Source: Bacillota bacterium (GTDB lineage: Bacteria > Bacillota > DTU065). Taken from it: a stretch of 64,000 bases of DNA. The notes under the pieces were generated by a model, which had not been told where the DNA came from, did no database searches, and saw only the letters and a list, made by a program, of their open reading frames with translations. The DNA lies in the NCBI GenBank assembly GCA_018435125.1, contig JAHDNZ010000022.1:13196-77195 (forward strand), read 5' to 3'. The translations under genes were made by a program, and so were the position numbers. Of the stretch, positions 19,609 through 29,344 are shown in pieces; positions within the stretch are counted from its first letter, which is position 1, and each line of letters starts with the position of its first letter.

Positions 19609-21169
19609 TGTATTCGATATCAATAAAAAATCAGGTGCTCTAATTCTTGGAAAGAATCGCCTTGATGACTATGCTACAAAATTTCTGACTAAATACTGTA
19701 AACAGGCATTGGTTGAACCGATGCCTCTTCCGGTTGATGACATTCTTAAGGATATGGGGCTTACTGTTCAAGAAGTTCATTTATCAAGCGACCTAGATGT
19801 TTTTGGATGTTGTTTACTTTTGGATGCAGATGTTGATATATATGAAAGGGAAACAGGTAAATATTTATCAACTTCCTTCAGTGCTGGAACAGTATTAATT
19901 GACCCTTCGTCCGAGTCTGTATATGGTGAAGGCTCGAAAAGAAATACGCTCATTCATGAAGCACTACACTGGGAAAAAGATAAAACATATTTTCAAATTC
20001 TTAAGGTTAAAAATAAAAATGAATCTGAAAAATTATATCCAATTTTATGCCGACAATCCGAGACTTTCTTTACACCACCAGAGGGTAAGAACACAAAAGA
20101 AAATGAAGTTCGATGGTTGGAATGGCAAGCACATAGATTAGCTCCTAGAGTCCTGATGCCCAAAAATTGCTTCAAAAGGAAAGCGTTAGAGTTTATTGAG
20201 CAGTATAAAGCATCTGGTGAAAATACGATATACTCTTGTGACACCTTGATTGAGGATTTAAGCAGCTTCTTTATAACGTCAAGGCTATCAGTAAAATATA
20301 GATTGATTGAAGTTGGTTTAGAGGATATCATATCAGAATTCTCTGATTACAATGATGTCTATGAAGAAATCAATAGTAATCAAGATTTTGTTAGATTAAC
20401 TCCAGTAGAAGCAGTAAAGATAATAGATTCAGATTCAACTCTACAGAACTGGATAACAGAGAGACATTTTGTATACGCTGACGGATACTTTGTACTTGCC
20501 AACAGCCAATATGTTACACAAAAAGATGGAAAACTCTTTTTAACGCCAAAGGCAAAGAAAAATCTCTCTAAATGTGTTATCAATATTCGTGAACAGAATT
20601 TTGTAACATACACTAATACTTACAAAGACTTGCTTGGGTATACGGTCCTTAAGAAGGTTGAAGGCATTGATAGTAGACTTCTTACGTTTCATCCTAAGTA
20701 CCAATCCCCTTTACTGAATGAACCTGAAGAAACATATCAAGCATTTTCTCAACAGCTAGCTTCTTATAATGAGGAGGAAGAAATTGAACTCATTAAGTTG
20801 CTTGGTGACCCTACCAAAACACTATGTAATTGTCTGTGGTTTTTGATGGAAAATAGAAAGTGGAATTATCCTGATAAGTTTAATGAAGAGACAGGAATCC
20901 ACAAAAATTACCATGGTAGAATAAAAAATGATAAAGCCAACAATATGACAACTAACGTGTTGATGGCCATCTGTGTTGGTATGCAGTTATGCACGAGGAT
21001 TACGCAAAAGCTGTTTGATAAATCAAATAATAAACTAGATTATTATAAAGATCCTGATAAGACTTATATTCGTATTATGGATACTATGCCAGGGCTTTCG
21101 CTTGATGATTTCAATGGTATTCTAGAGCAATGTGGTATTCAGGAACTAGGTAGTGAAATAAAAGAATAA
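19583..21169 (+). CDS. 528-aa protein with N-terminal ImmA/IrrE-like (COG2856) Zn-metallopeptidase domain and uncharacterised C-terminal half
   Basis: HExxH LIHEALHWEKD followed by E-WQAHRLAPRVLMP (ImmA/IrrE second motif E..A..FA..LLMP); overlaps previous stop. Confidence 0.55.
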   Translation: MKRKITPSDVFDINKKSGALILGKNRLDDYATKFLTKYCKQALVEPMPLPVDDILKDMGLTVQEVHLSSDLDVFGCCLLLDADVDIYERETGKYLSTSFSAGTVLIDPSSESVYGEGSKRNTLIHEALHWEKDKTYFQILKVKNKNESEKLYPILCRQSETFFTPPEGKNTKENEVRWLEWQAHRLAPRVLMPKNCFKRKALEFIEQYKASGENTIYSCDTLIEDLSSFFITSRLSVKYRLIEVGLEDIISEFSDYNDVYEEINSNQDFVRLTPVEAVKIIDSDSTLQNWITERHFVYADGYFVLANSQYVTQKDGKLFLTPKAKKNLSKCVINIREQNFVTYTNTYKDLLGYTVLKKVEGIDSRLLTFHPKYQSPLLNEPEETYQAFSQQLASYNEEEEIELIKLLGDPTKTLCNCLWFLMENRKWNYPDKFNEETGIHKNYHGRIKNDKANNMTTNVLMAICVGMQLCTRITQKLFDKSNNKLDYYKDPDKTYIRIMDTMPGLSLDDFNGILEQCGIQELGSEIKE

Positions 21170-21197
21170 ATAAGTTGATAACTCGATGAGTTGGTTT

Positions 21198-21224
21198 AGG
21201 ACCCCGAAAGGGGTTCTTTTTTTA
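21198..21224 (+). terminator. Rho-independent terminator ending the defence-island operon
   Basis: GGACCCC-gaaa-GGGGTTC followed by TTTTTTT. Confidence 0.75.
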
Positions 21225-21542
21225 TGCCCAAATTTAGAAAAGACTGATAAATAGGCAAATTTGGCCCAACTCAACGAGTTGGTCGTGAAATTTTGAAACC
21301 TATTATATTTATAAATGTAAGGGACAAGCCTTACAAAAATATAAATGCGTCTAAAGCTGGCCAGCAGAAGACGGCGGATACATAAATGATTCGAAGATAG
21401 CCAATGACAGGCTGTTGGGTGAAATTTATGCTCCTCCGTTTTATTTCCTATACATATTTGTAGGAAGTAACTCTGTTGGTCATTGTTTTCCAAAGATTCA
21501 TTAGTTCTCCGCTGTCTTCCAGGACGGGATTAGGAGAATCTA

Positions 21543-22061
21543 ATGAGATTATCAATCAGATATGAGAACCAGTTTCAAAGCATCGAACTCAATGAGGAAG
21601 AAACTCAGGAGATGTGGGTCAGTCTTTCACTTGAAGGTGAAAATCTTGAAAAGGAAAAATTAATCCAAAAAACATTCGATGAAAAGTTCAACAAGCCGGA
21701 GTACAACATCTGGCACAGAGAAACCAGACACTTAACAACTCCTAAGGAGCGCTTCAATGACGATGGTGATGAATACGATACCTCGGAACCACTTATGAAA
21801 GAAGTTGCGGATGACAGAATTTTTAGAAAAGACGAAATTGAGCGTGCTTATCAGGATGATTATGAAGGTGTCTGCAAATGGATACGTACCGCTCTTGGTA
21901 AAAAGCAAGATTGGGCAGATATGTTTATCGCAGTTCGTATGGAAGGTATGTCGATTCGAGAATATGCCAGCTCCATCGGTGTAAGTGAAAACAACATTAC
22001 TCAGAAATTAAAGCGAGCAACCAAGAAATTAGAACAAGAATATAAAAAACGTCAGATTTGA
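21543..22061 (+). CDS. Phage regulator with sigma-70 region-4-like HTH
   Basis: C-terminal MEGMSIREYASSIGVSENNITQKLKRATKKL resembles sigma region 4. Confidence 0.5.
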   Translation: MRLSIRYENQFQSIELNEEETQEMWVSLSLEGENLEKEKLIQKTFDEKFNKPEYNIWHRETRHLTTPKERFNDDGDEYDTSEPLMKEVADDRIFRKDEIERAYQDDYEGVCKWIRTALGKKQDWADMFIAVRMEGMSIREYASSIGVSENNITQKLKRATKKLEQEYKKRQI

Positions 22062-22067
22062 CCTTCT

Positions 22068-22090
22068 CCCAAGGCTACTAGGTAGGAGGT
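22068..22090 (+). promoter_or_regulatory. Copy 1 of conserved motif GGCTACTAGGTAG(GAGG) embedded between CCTTCTCC and GGAGG
   Basis: Identical 13-nt core found also at 51668-51680 and 55962-55974. Confidence 0.5.
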
Positions 22091-22125
22091 CAAGACCTCC
22101 AAAAAAACACAAGGAGGTAATTCGA

Positions 22126-22908
22126 ATGGAATTACAAGTTTACAAAAATGCAGAGTTTGGCTCTGTACGTACTACAACGATTGCTGGTCAACCTTATTTT
22201 GTAGGTAAGGATGTAGCTGATATTCTCGGCTACTCAAATACTCGCAAAGCTTTGATCGACCATGTTGACAAAGAGGACAAGGATGACGTAACGATTCGTG
22301 ACGCCATCGGAAGAAATCAAACGATGACTGCTATCAATGAATCCGGTCTTTATAGTCTCATCCTCTCAAGCAAGATGCCAAGTGCCAAAAAGTTCAAACG
22401 CTGGGTCACAAATGAAGTACTCCCTGCTATTCGGAAACATGGACTTTATGCAACAGATGATTTAATCGCAAATCCAGACCTTGCTATCGCAGCATTTACT
22501 GCACTAAAAGAGGAACGTGAAAAGAACAAGGAGTTGATGGCAGCCGTTGCGATTGGTCAGCAGCAAATTGCTGAGATGAAACCCAAGGCTACTTATTATG
22601 ATGTGGTTCTTAAATGCAGGGATGCAGTCAATATCTCTGTGATTGCCAAAGATTACGGCTGGAGTGCTATGCGTATGAACGAATACCTTCATGACAAAGG
22701 CATTCAGTTTAAGCAAGGTGATATTTGGCTTCTTTATCAAAAGTATGCTCCAAATGGATATACCAAGACTAACACTCACATTTATGAAGATAGCAAAGGT
22801 ATCCAACATACGAAAGTGCATACCAAGTGGACACAAAAAGGCAGACTCTTTATCTATGAACAGTTGAAAGCGGATGGTATTTATCCGCAGATTGAGATGG
22901 AGGTGTGA
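22126..22908 (+). CDS. Phage antirepressor, Bro-N + KilA-C domains
   Basis: N-terminal Bro-N motif FGSVRTTTIAGQPYFVGKDVADILGY; AAGGAGG RBS. Confidence 0.8.
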   Translation: MELQVYKNAEFGSVRTTTIAGQPYFVGKDVADILGYSNTRKALIDHVDKEDKDDVTIRDAIGRNQTMTAINESGLYSLILSSKMPSAKKFKRWVTNEVLPAIRKHGLYATDDLIANPDLAIAAFTALKEEREKNKELMAAVAIGQQQIAEMKPKATYYDVVLKCRDAVNISVIAKDYGWSAMRMNEYLHDKGIQFKQGDIWLLYQKYAPNGYTKTNTHIYEDSKGIQHTKVHTKWTQKGRLFIYEQLKADGIYPQIEMEV

Positions 22909-22909
22909 T

Positions 22910-23344
22910 ATGGGAATCAATATGAAAAATGCTGAAGGCTATCATGATCCAACTCCCCATAAAGCACTTAGCAATATCACCCGTGAGGAAAAGGCAGCAG
23001 CAAAAGCTGCCTTTAAGCCCTTAGTATATATCTGTTCTCCCTTTAGTGGAGATATAGAAATCAATAATAAGCGGACACGGGAGTTCTGCCGTTTTGCTTT
23101 AGATAAGGGGAACATCCCGCTTGCTCCTCACCTTCTGTTTCCACAGTTTATGGATGATAACAATGAACAGGAACGTGACCTCGCAATTTTCATGGACATT
23201 ATCTTGATGGGAAAATGCCAAGAGGTCTGGGTTCTAGGTGATGTGATTTCAAGGGGAATGAGTATTGAAATTGAAAAAGCAAAGAAACGCAGACAGCCGG
23301 TTAGATACTTTAATAAAGATTTTGAGGAGGTAGAGTCTCTATGA
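22910..23344 (+). CDS. Phage hypothetical protein (DUF4406 / nucleoside 2-deoxyribosyltransferase-like fold suspected)
   Basis: ORF with ATG at 22910; VYICSPFSGD...WVLGD pattern. Confidence 0.4.
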   Translation: MGINMKNAEGYHDPTPHKALSNITREEKAAAKAAFKPLVYICSPFSGDIEINNKRTREFCRFALDKGNIPLAPHLLFPQFMDDNNEQERDLAIFMDIILMGKCQEVWVLGDVISRGMSIEIEKAKKRRQPVRYFNKDFEEVESL

Positions 23345-25695
23345 AGATAGCATACGGCAACAGCCGAATGGATAAGAAATGGAAAAACACAGACATCAGT
23401 TGGGAGGACTTCTGCTCCCGTGTTAAGACCACGCAGCGTACTACTGAAACCGTAGAAGAATATCGAAAAATGAGAAAAGGCGGTCAGGATTCCATTAAAG
23501 ATGTCGGCGGTTTTGTTGGTGGCCACTTAAAAGATGGTAGACGCAAAAAAGGAAATGTTCTATCTCGTTCTATTCTCACGCTAGATATGGATTATGGCAC
23601 AAGTACTATCTGGGAAGAAATCTCTACCTTCTTCCCTTATCAGTGTTGTATCTATTCTACTCATAAGCATACTCCAGAAAATCCAAGACTAAGGCTGATC
23701 ATTCCTCTCTTTCGTGATGTGGGAGAGGAAGAATATGCTGCTGTTAGTCGCATGGTCGCAAAAGAAATCGGCATCGACCTTTTTGATGATACAACCTATG
23801 AACCAGAACGATTAATGTATTGGCCGTCTACTTCAAGAAACGGCATTTTTGTGTATGAAGAGAAAGATGGCTCCATTCTTGATCCTGATGAATTTCTAAA
23901 TAAATACGATGATTGGCGTGATACCAGTACATGGCCCGTATCCTCTAGGCAGTCAGAAGTTATTAATCGCTCATTAAAGGAACAAGCCGATCCACTTTCT
24001 AAAGAAGGAGTCATCGGTACTTTTTGCCGTGCCTACTCAGTAAGCAGTGCAATCGATATGTTCTTAAAGGATATATACGAGCCTTCAGCAATGACTGGTC
24101 GCTATGATTATATCCCAGCTGACTCCAGTGCCGGGGTCATACTCTATGATGATAAGTTTGCCTATTCCCACCACGCAACAGATCCTGCAAGTGGGAGACT
24201 GCTTAATGCTTTCGACCTTGTTCGTATTCATAGGTTTGGTCATTTAGATGATCGAGCAACAGAAAGTACACCACCAAGTAAACTACCATCCTTTATCAAT
24301 ATGTGTGAATTTGTCATCCAAGATGATGAAGTAAAAGCACAGTTTACGAAAGAGCGGATGGAGCAGGCAACGATTGATTTTACGGAGGACAACTGGCAGA
24401 CAGCGCTTGAACTGGATAAGCAAGGAAAGATTAAGGACACCTTGGATAATATCGTTCTCATCATCCGTAACGATTCAGAACTAGAATCCATTGCTTTTAA
24501 TAAGCACCGTGATGGAATCGATGCAAGAGACGGATTGCCTTGGGAACAGATGAAGGGTGGCTGGAATGATTCAGATAATGCTGCCCTAAAGGTTTATCTA
24601 TCTAATAAATACGGCATCTACTCCCCAACCAAAACAAAGGACGCAATATTAGCAGTCGCAGCAGAGCGTTCCTATCATCCCATCAAGGAATACTTGGATC
24701 ATTTGCCAGAGTGGGATGGAATCGACCGCGTTGAAACCTTGTTGATTGATTATTTTAATGCAACAGATAATTCCTATACCAGAGCCGTTACTAGAAAAAT
24801 GATGGTGGCAGCAGTCGCTAGAATTGTTCATCCTGGTACGAAATTCGACAGCGTTTTAATTCTAAATGGACCACAAGGTATCGGTAAGTCTACCTTCTTT
24901 GCAAAACTTGCAGGTGATTGGTTTTCCGATAGTTTAACCCTCACTGATATGAAAGACAAAGCAGGACCAGAGAAACTGCAAGGTTATTGGATATTAGAAC
25001 TGGGTGAACTAGCTGGCATGCGAAAAACCGATGTGGAGGTTGTGAAATCCTTTATTTCAAGATCCGATGATAAATATCGTGCCAGTTATGGGGTGAATGT
25101 TGAGAGTCACCCTCGTCAATGCATTATTGTCGGCTCTACCAATGCAGAGAGTGGATTTTTGCGAGATATCACCGGAAACCGTAGATTCTGGCCTGTGAGA
25201 ATTAGTGGTGACGGCAAAAGAAAAGCATGGCAGATGTCCGTATACGATGTAGAGCAGATATGGGCAGAAACTTTGGTGCTTTATGGCCAAGGTGAAAAGC
25301 TCTATTTAGAAGGCAGTGATGTAGAGTTAGCAACGAATGAGCAAGCAGATGCCATGGAAAGTGATGAGCGAGAAGGCCTTGTTCGCACTTACCTCGATAC
25401 GCTGTTACCCGATGATTGGAATGCCCTGTCCTTATACGAACGAAGAAATTACCTTAACGGTAGTGAATTTGGTGGGGAATCCCGTGTTGGCACGGTAGGG
25501 CGCACTCTTGTTTGTAATATGGAAATTTGGTGTGAATGCTTTGGAAGGGATGCCTCCGCTATGAAACCTGCGGACTCCTATGCCATTGCAGGCATTATGA
25601 AAAAGATTAATGGGTGGAACAAGTACCAAGGGAACAAGAACGGAACAAGTAATTTTCACATTTACGGTAGACAACGTTGTTACGAGAAGAATTAG
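23341..25695 (+). CDS. Phage DNA primase/helicase, VirE / P4-type (D5-like NTPase C-terminal)
   Basis: Walker A NGPQGIGKST, VirE-like block GELAGMRKTDVEVVKSFISRSDDKYRASYG ... RRFWPVRI. Confidence 0.8.
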   Translation: MKIAYGNSRMDKKWKNTDISWEDFCSRVKTTQRTTETVEEYRKMRKGGQDSIKDVGGFVGGHLKDGRRKKGNVLSRSILTLDMDYGTSTIWEEISTFFPYQCCIYSTHKHTPENPRLRLIIPLFRDVGEEEYAAVSRMVAKEIGIDLFDDTTYEPERLMYWPSTSRNGIFVYEEKDGSILDPDEFLNKYDDWRDTSTWPVSSRQSEVINRSLKEQADPLSKEGVIGTFCRAYSVSSAIDMFLKDIYEPSAMTGRYDYIPADSSAGVILYDDKFAYSHHATDPASGRLLNAFDLVRIHRFGHLDDRATESTPPSKLPSFINMCEFVIQDDEVKAQFTKERMEQATIDFTEDNWQTALELDKQGKIKDTLDNIVLIIRNDSELESIAFNKHRDGIDARDGLPWEQMKGGWNDSDNAALKVYLSNKYGIYSPTKTKDAILAVAAERSYHPIKEYLDHLPEWDGIDRVETLLIDYFNATDNSYTRAVTRKMMVAAVARIVHPGTKFDSVLILNGPQGIGKSTFFAKLAGDWFSDSLTLTDMKDKAGPEKLQGYWILELGELAGMRKTDVEVVKSFISRSDDKYRASYGVNVESHPRQCIIVGSTNAESGFLRDITGNRRFWPVRISGDGKRKAWQMSVYDVEQIWAETLVLYGQGEKLYLEGSDVELATNEQADAMESDEREGLVRTYLDTLLPDDWNALSLYERRNYLNGSEFGGESRVGTVGRTLVCNMEIWCECFGRDASAMKPADSYAIAGIMKKINGWNKYQGNKNGTSNFHIYGRQRCYEKN

Positions 25696-25900
25696 TAAGG
25701 TCGTTCCTTGTTCTTTGGTTGTTCCTTATGCTTGTTCTCTTAAAAACCCAGTCATTACCGATGTTCTGGCTTTACTGGAATGAGTGGAACAAGAGTTTTA
25801 CTACTTAGTAATAAATTAATAAATAGTAGTAGTAAAGCATCGTGAGCGTATGTATGCGCGCGTATAGGAAAAAACGCTAAAAGTTGTGCTTGTTGTTCCT
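25630..25900. repeat. Iteron-like repeats GGAACAAG / CTTGTTCC with AT-rich stretch and TATGCGCGCGTATA element: candidate phage replication origin
   Basis: GGAACAAG at 25631, 25642, 25787; inverted TTGTTCC-type copies at 25703-25738 and 25888-25898; AT-rich 25801-25835. Confidence 0.45.
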
Positions 25901-25922
25901 GATTAAATTATGGAGGTCATTT

Positions 25923-26204
25923 ATGCAAGAAAAATATATAGAACAAAAACTGGTAGTAGCAGTAAAAAACATGGGAGGCATTGCCCCGAAATTTGTAAGT
26001 CCTGGTATAGATGGGATGCCCGACCGCATTGTGTTACTTCCCATGGGAAGAATCGCCTTTGTCGAATGTAAGGCGACAGGGAAAAAGATGAGGCCTTTAC
26101 AAAATAAAAGAAAGAAACAACTAGAGGCATTAGGCTTTCTAGTTTATTGCCTAGATGGTGTAGAACAGATTGGAGGGATACTTAGTGAAATACAAGCCAC
26201 ATGA
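25923..26204 (+). CDS. VRR-NUC domain nuclease
   Basis: GGAGG RBS; PD-(D/E)xK pattern DGMPDRIVLLPMGRIAFVECKATGKKMRPLQ. Confidence 0.7.
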   Translation: MQEKYIEQKLVVAVKNMGGIAPKFVSPGIDGMPDRIVLLPMGRIAFVECKATGKKMRPLQNKRKKQLEALGFLVYCLDGVEQIGGILSEIQAT

Positions 26205-27537
26205 ATACCAAAGTTATGCCACTGAATTTATTTTATCCCACCCCATTTCTGCTGTATTTCTTGAGATGGGTTTAGGTAAAAGTGTGATTACCTTGTCCGC
26301 CATATTTGATTTGTGTTTGGATAGTTTCCTCGTTTGCAAGGTGTTAGTCATTGCTCCACTTCGAGTAGCAAGGGATACATGGCCTGCCGAAATCAATAAG
26401 TGGGATCATCTAAAAGGGCTCTCTTACTCGGTGGCAGTCGGAACAGAAAAAGAAAGAATCGATGCCCTCAAGAAACAATCAACGCTATACATCATTAACC
26501 GTGAGAACGTAGATTGGCTGGTTCATAAAAGTGGTATTCCTTTTCATTTTGATATGGTGGTTATTGATGAGCTGTCATCATTTAAGTCTTATGGAGCAAA
26601 GCGGTTTAAGAGTCTACTTAAAGTAAGACCCTCTGTAAAAAGAATAGTCGGCCTTACCGGAACTCCCTCCAGTAATGGATTGATGGATTTATGGGCTGAA
26701 TTTCGAATTCTTGATTTGGGTCAAAGGCTAGGACGCTACATTAGTCATTATCGAAATACCTATTTTAAGCCAGATAAGCGAAATGCTCAGATTATATTTT
26801 CTTATAAACCACTGCAAGGTGCTGAAGAGGAAATCTACAAACAAATATCAGACATCACCATTTCTATGAAATCTACCGATTATCTCACCATGCCAGAATA
26901 CGTCAGCAATGAGGTGTTCGTAACTTTAAGTGAAAAAGAATGGAAAGTCTATTCATATTTTAAGGAAGAAATGGTTGCGAATTTAGGCGATGAAGAAATT
27001 GATGCTGTTAATGCGGCAGTCCTTTCTGGAAAACTGTTACAGATGGCAAATGGTGCAGTATACGATAGCGAAAATAAAGCTCATGTGATTCATGAAAAAA
27101 AGCTAGATGCCTTGGAAGATTTAATCGAAGGAGCAAATGGGAAACCGGTCCTTGTTGCTTATTGGTATAAGCATGATTTAGAACGGATTAAAGAGCGATT
27201 TCCGGTAAGGCAAATTCAGTCATCAAAGGATATTGAAGATTGGAATGATGGCAAGATACCCATTGCTGTTATTCACCCAGCCAGTGCGGGACATGGTCTT
27301 AATCTTCAAAGTGGTGGTTCGACGCTGATCTGGTTTGGCCTTACCTGGTCATTAGAACTGTATCAGCAAACCAATGCAAGACTTTATAGGCAGGGTCAAA
27401 GGGATACAGTCATTGTCCACCACATCATCACCAAAAACACCATCGATGAAGACGTACTGCTTGCTCTTACTAAAAAGGAGAAAACACAAGATGCATTGAT
27501 TGATGCGGTGAAGGCGAATTTAGAGGTGATGCGATGA
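26185..27537 (+). CDS. Phage SNF2-family helicase
   Basis: MGLGKSV (motif I), VVIDELSSFK (DEXH-like), LTGTPSSNGLMDLW (motif III), C-terminal helicase domain. Confidence 0.8.
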   Translation: MKYKPHEYQSYATEFILSHPISAVFLEMGLGKSVITLSAIFDLCLDSFLVCKVLVIAPLRVARDTWPAEINKWDHLKGLSYSVAVGTEKERIDALKKQSTLYIINRENVDWLVHKSGIPFHFDMVVIDELSSFKSYGAKRFKSLLKVRPSVKRIVGLTGTPSSNGLMDLWAEFRILDLGQRLGRYISHYRNTYFKPDKRNAQIIFSYKPLQGAEEEIYKQISDITISMKSTDYLTMPEYVSNEVFVTLSEKEWKVYSYFKEEMVANLGDEEIDAVNAAVLSGKLLQMANGAVYDSENKAHVIHEKKLDALEDLIEGANGKPVLVAYWYKHDLERIKERFPVRQIQSSKDIEDWNDGKIPIAVIHPASAGHGLNLQSGGSTLIWFGLTWSLELYQQTNARLYRQGQRDTVIVHHIITKNTIDEDVLLALTKKEKTQDALIDAVKANLEVMR

Positions 27538-27758
27538 CAGGACCTTATCAAAATTTAGCCAATGCCATTATCTTAATGGCTGTTAAGGATTATAGAAATG
27601 CCTTAAAGAAACTAAAGAAACGTCCACGTTATGGACCGGCACAAGATATGAAAAACGAGGTGGAGAGGTTCTTCCGCTCTGATTGGTATAGAGAACTTAC
27701 CTCTGTTGATGGAGAAATCCTAATCAAAAAGCTACAAGCGGAGGTGAGCGAACAATGA
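27534..27758 (+). CDS. Phage hypothetical protein
   Basis: 74-aa ORF, 4-nt overlaps with both neighbours. Confidence 0.45.
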   Translation: MTGPYQNLANAIILMAVKDYRNALKKLKKRPRYGPAQDMKNEVERFFRSDWYRELTSVDGEILIKKLQAEVSEQ

Positions 27759-28207
27759 AAGCAAAAGAATATTTACATCAAGCCTACAGGCTAGATAAAC
27801 GAATACAATCAAACATCGAAGAAATGGAGCGACTAAGGGAGTTATCGACCAGTGTTTCCTCCCCTAGCTGGGGTGAGAGAATACAAACACAAAGGCCTAC
27901 CGATGCTTTGTTTGTCAGGTATCTGGAGCGAATTGAAGAGTTACAAATCAAGATTAATGATGAGGTGGATCATCTTGTGGCACTTAAAGCAGAGATTCGA
28001 GATGTGATTAATAAAGTAACGGATATCGATGAACGCATGGTGTTACGCTACCGTTATGTTCATAACTTTACGTGGGAGCAAATCGGTGATGAATTAAATG
28101 CTGATAAGAGTACCATTCGCAGATGGCACGGTAATGCCTTAAATCATGTTGTTTTACCTGATAATCCAATCATTATTCAAAAGTTGAACAGTAATGAGCA
28201 CTTTTGA
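27755..28207 (+). CDS. Phage late-gene transcriptional regulator, ArpU/DUF1492-like (sigma region-4-like HTH)
   Basis: ERMVLRYRYVHNFTWEQIGDELNADKSTIRRWHGNAL. Confidence 0.55.
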   Translation: MKAKEYLHQAYRLDKRIQSNIEEMERLRELSTSVSSPSWGERIQTQRPTDALFVRYLERIEELQIKINDEVDHLVALKAEIRDVINKVTDIDERMVLRYRYVHNFTWEQIGDELNADKSTIRRWHGNALNHVVLPDNPIIIQKLNSNEHF

Positions 28208-28325
28208 GCAGAGATAAGCACCTCATCTTTATGTTACATTATAGTCAGCAAGATAGAATACTTACCAAGCCTTGTGGGATGCGCCCTACAGGGCTTTTTC
28301 TATGCCCAGAAAGTGAGGTGAAACG

Positions 28326-28685
28326 ATGCCCAAGAAACCAAAACGACCGTGCAGTACACCAGGCTGTCCGAACTTAACCGATGGTCAGTATTGTGATAAC
28401 CATAAATTAATAGAGCGTAGACGCTATGACAAGTATCAACGGTCAAGGGATGTTAATAAAAAGTATGGCAGAGCCTGGAAAAGAATCCGTGACCGATATG
28501 CAAGAGAGCATCCTTTGTGTGAGATGTGTAAAGAGGACGGAAGACTTACTCCTACCGATGAAGTGCATCACATCCTCCCTGTTTCTCAAGGTGGTACACA
28601 CGACAGAAGCAATTTGATGTCCTTATGTAAATCCTGTCACAACAAGATTCATTTAGAACTCGGTGATCGACAAATTCGCAACTGA
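28326..28685 (+). CDS. HNH endonuclease (terminase-associated)
   Basis: CEMCKEDGRLTPTDEVHHILPVSQGGTHDRSNLMSLCKSCHNKIH; placed directly upstream of TerS as in cos-type phages. Confidence 0.85.
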   Translation: MPKKPKRPCSTPGCPNLTDGQYCDNHKLIERRRYDKYQRSRDVNKKYGRAWKRIRDRYAREHPLCEMCKEDGRLTPTDEVHHILPVSQGGTHDRSNLMSLCKSCHNKIHLELGDRQIRN

Positions 28686-28803
28686 GCCAAGGGGGAGGTC
28701 AAATCTCTAGACCTTTTATGGCGGACAACGGCCTGGGGCTTCGCGTGTAAAAATCAGAAATCAAAGGGGGTATTAAAGACTTTTAGAAAAGTGGGGTGAA
28801 AAC

Positions 28804-29343
28804 ATGGCGAAAGACGGTACAGCAAGAGGCGGTCAGCGTGTTGGTGCTGGAAGAAAATCAAAGGCTCTAACCGACAAAATTGCTGATGGCAGATTAAACG
28901 GGGTTCAAGTACTGCCGGAGCCAGCAGAAATGGAAGGCACGGATGTTCCTCCAGTAAAAGATTATTTAAAGGCGGCTCAGAAAAACGGTAAAGACCTCTG
29001 TGCAGAAGATATTTATATCGAAACTTACAAGTGGCTGAAAGATCGTAGCTGCGAAATGTTAGTAAACAACCAGCTAATCGAGCAGTATGCCATGAGTGTT
29101 TCTCGTTGGATTCAGTGCGAAGAGTGTATTTCAGAATATGGATTTCTTGCAAAGCATCCAACCACTTCAGCTGCCATCGCATCACCTTATGTTGCGATGA
29201 GCCGTGAATACATGAAACAGGTTAACCAGTGTTGGTATCAGATTTACCAAATTGTAAAGGAAAACTGCTCTGTGGAGTTTGGAGGCAGAAGTCCACAAGA
29301 TGATTTGATGGAGCGGTTATTATCTGCTCGGAAAGGAAAATAA
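28804..29343 (+). CDS. Phage terminase small subunit (P27-family-like)
   Basis: N-terminal GGQRVGAGRKSKALTD basic segment, position before TerL. Confidence 0.6.
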   Translation: MAKDGTARGGQRVGAGRKSKALTDKIADGRLNGVQVLPEPAEMEGTDVPPVKDYLKAAQKNGKDLCAEDIYIETYKWLKDRSCEMLVNNQLIEQYAMSVSRWIQCEECISEYGFLAKHPTTSAAIASPYVAMSREYMKQVNQCWYQIYQIVKENCSVEFGGRSPQDDLMERLLSARKGK

Positions 29344-29344
29344 A

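Noticed and set aside
21146-21493. 115-aa reverse-strand ORF at prophage left border
   Set aside because: Low-complexity aromatic-rich translation, no RBS, spans a terminator and inverted repeats. Judged non-coding.
22091-22113. Hairpin GGAGGTC-aag-GACCTCC followed by AAAAAAA as a terminator
   Set aside because: The A-run follows the hairpin on the + strand and the T-run precedes it on the - strand. So it is not a Rho-independent terminator in either orientation. It was kept only as part of the conserved motif context.
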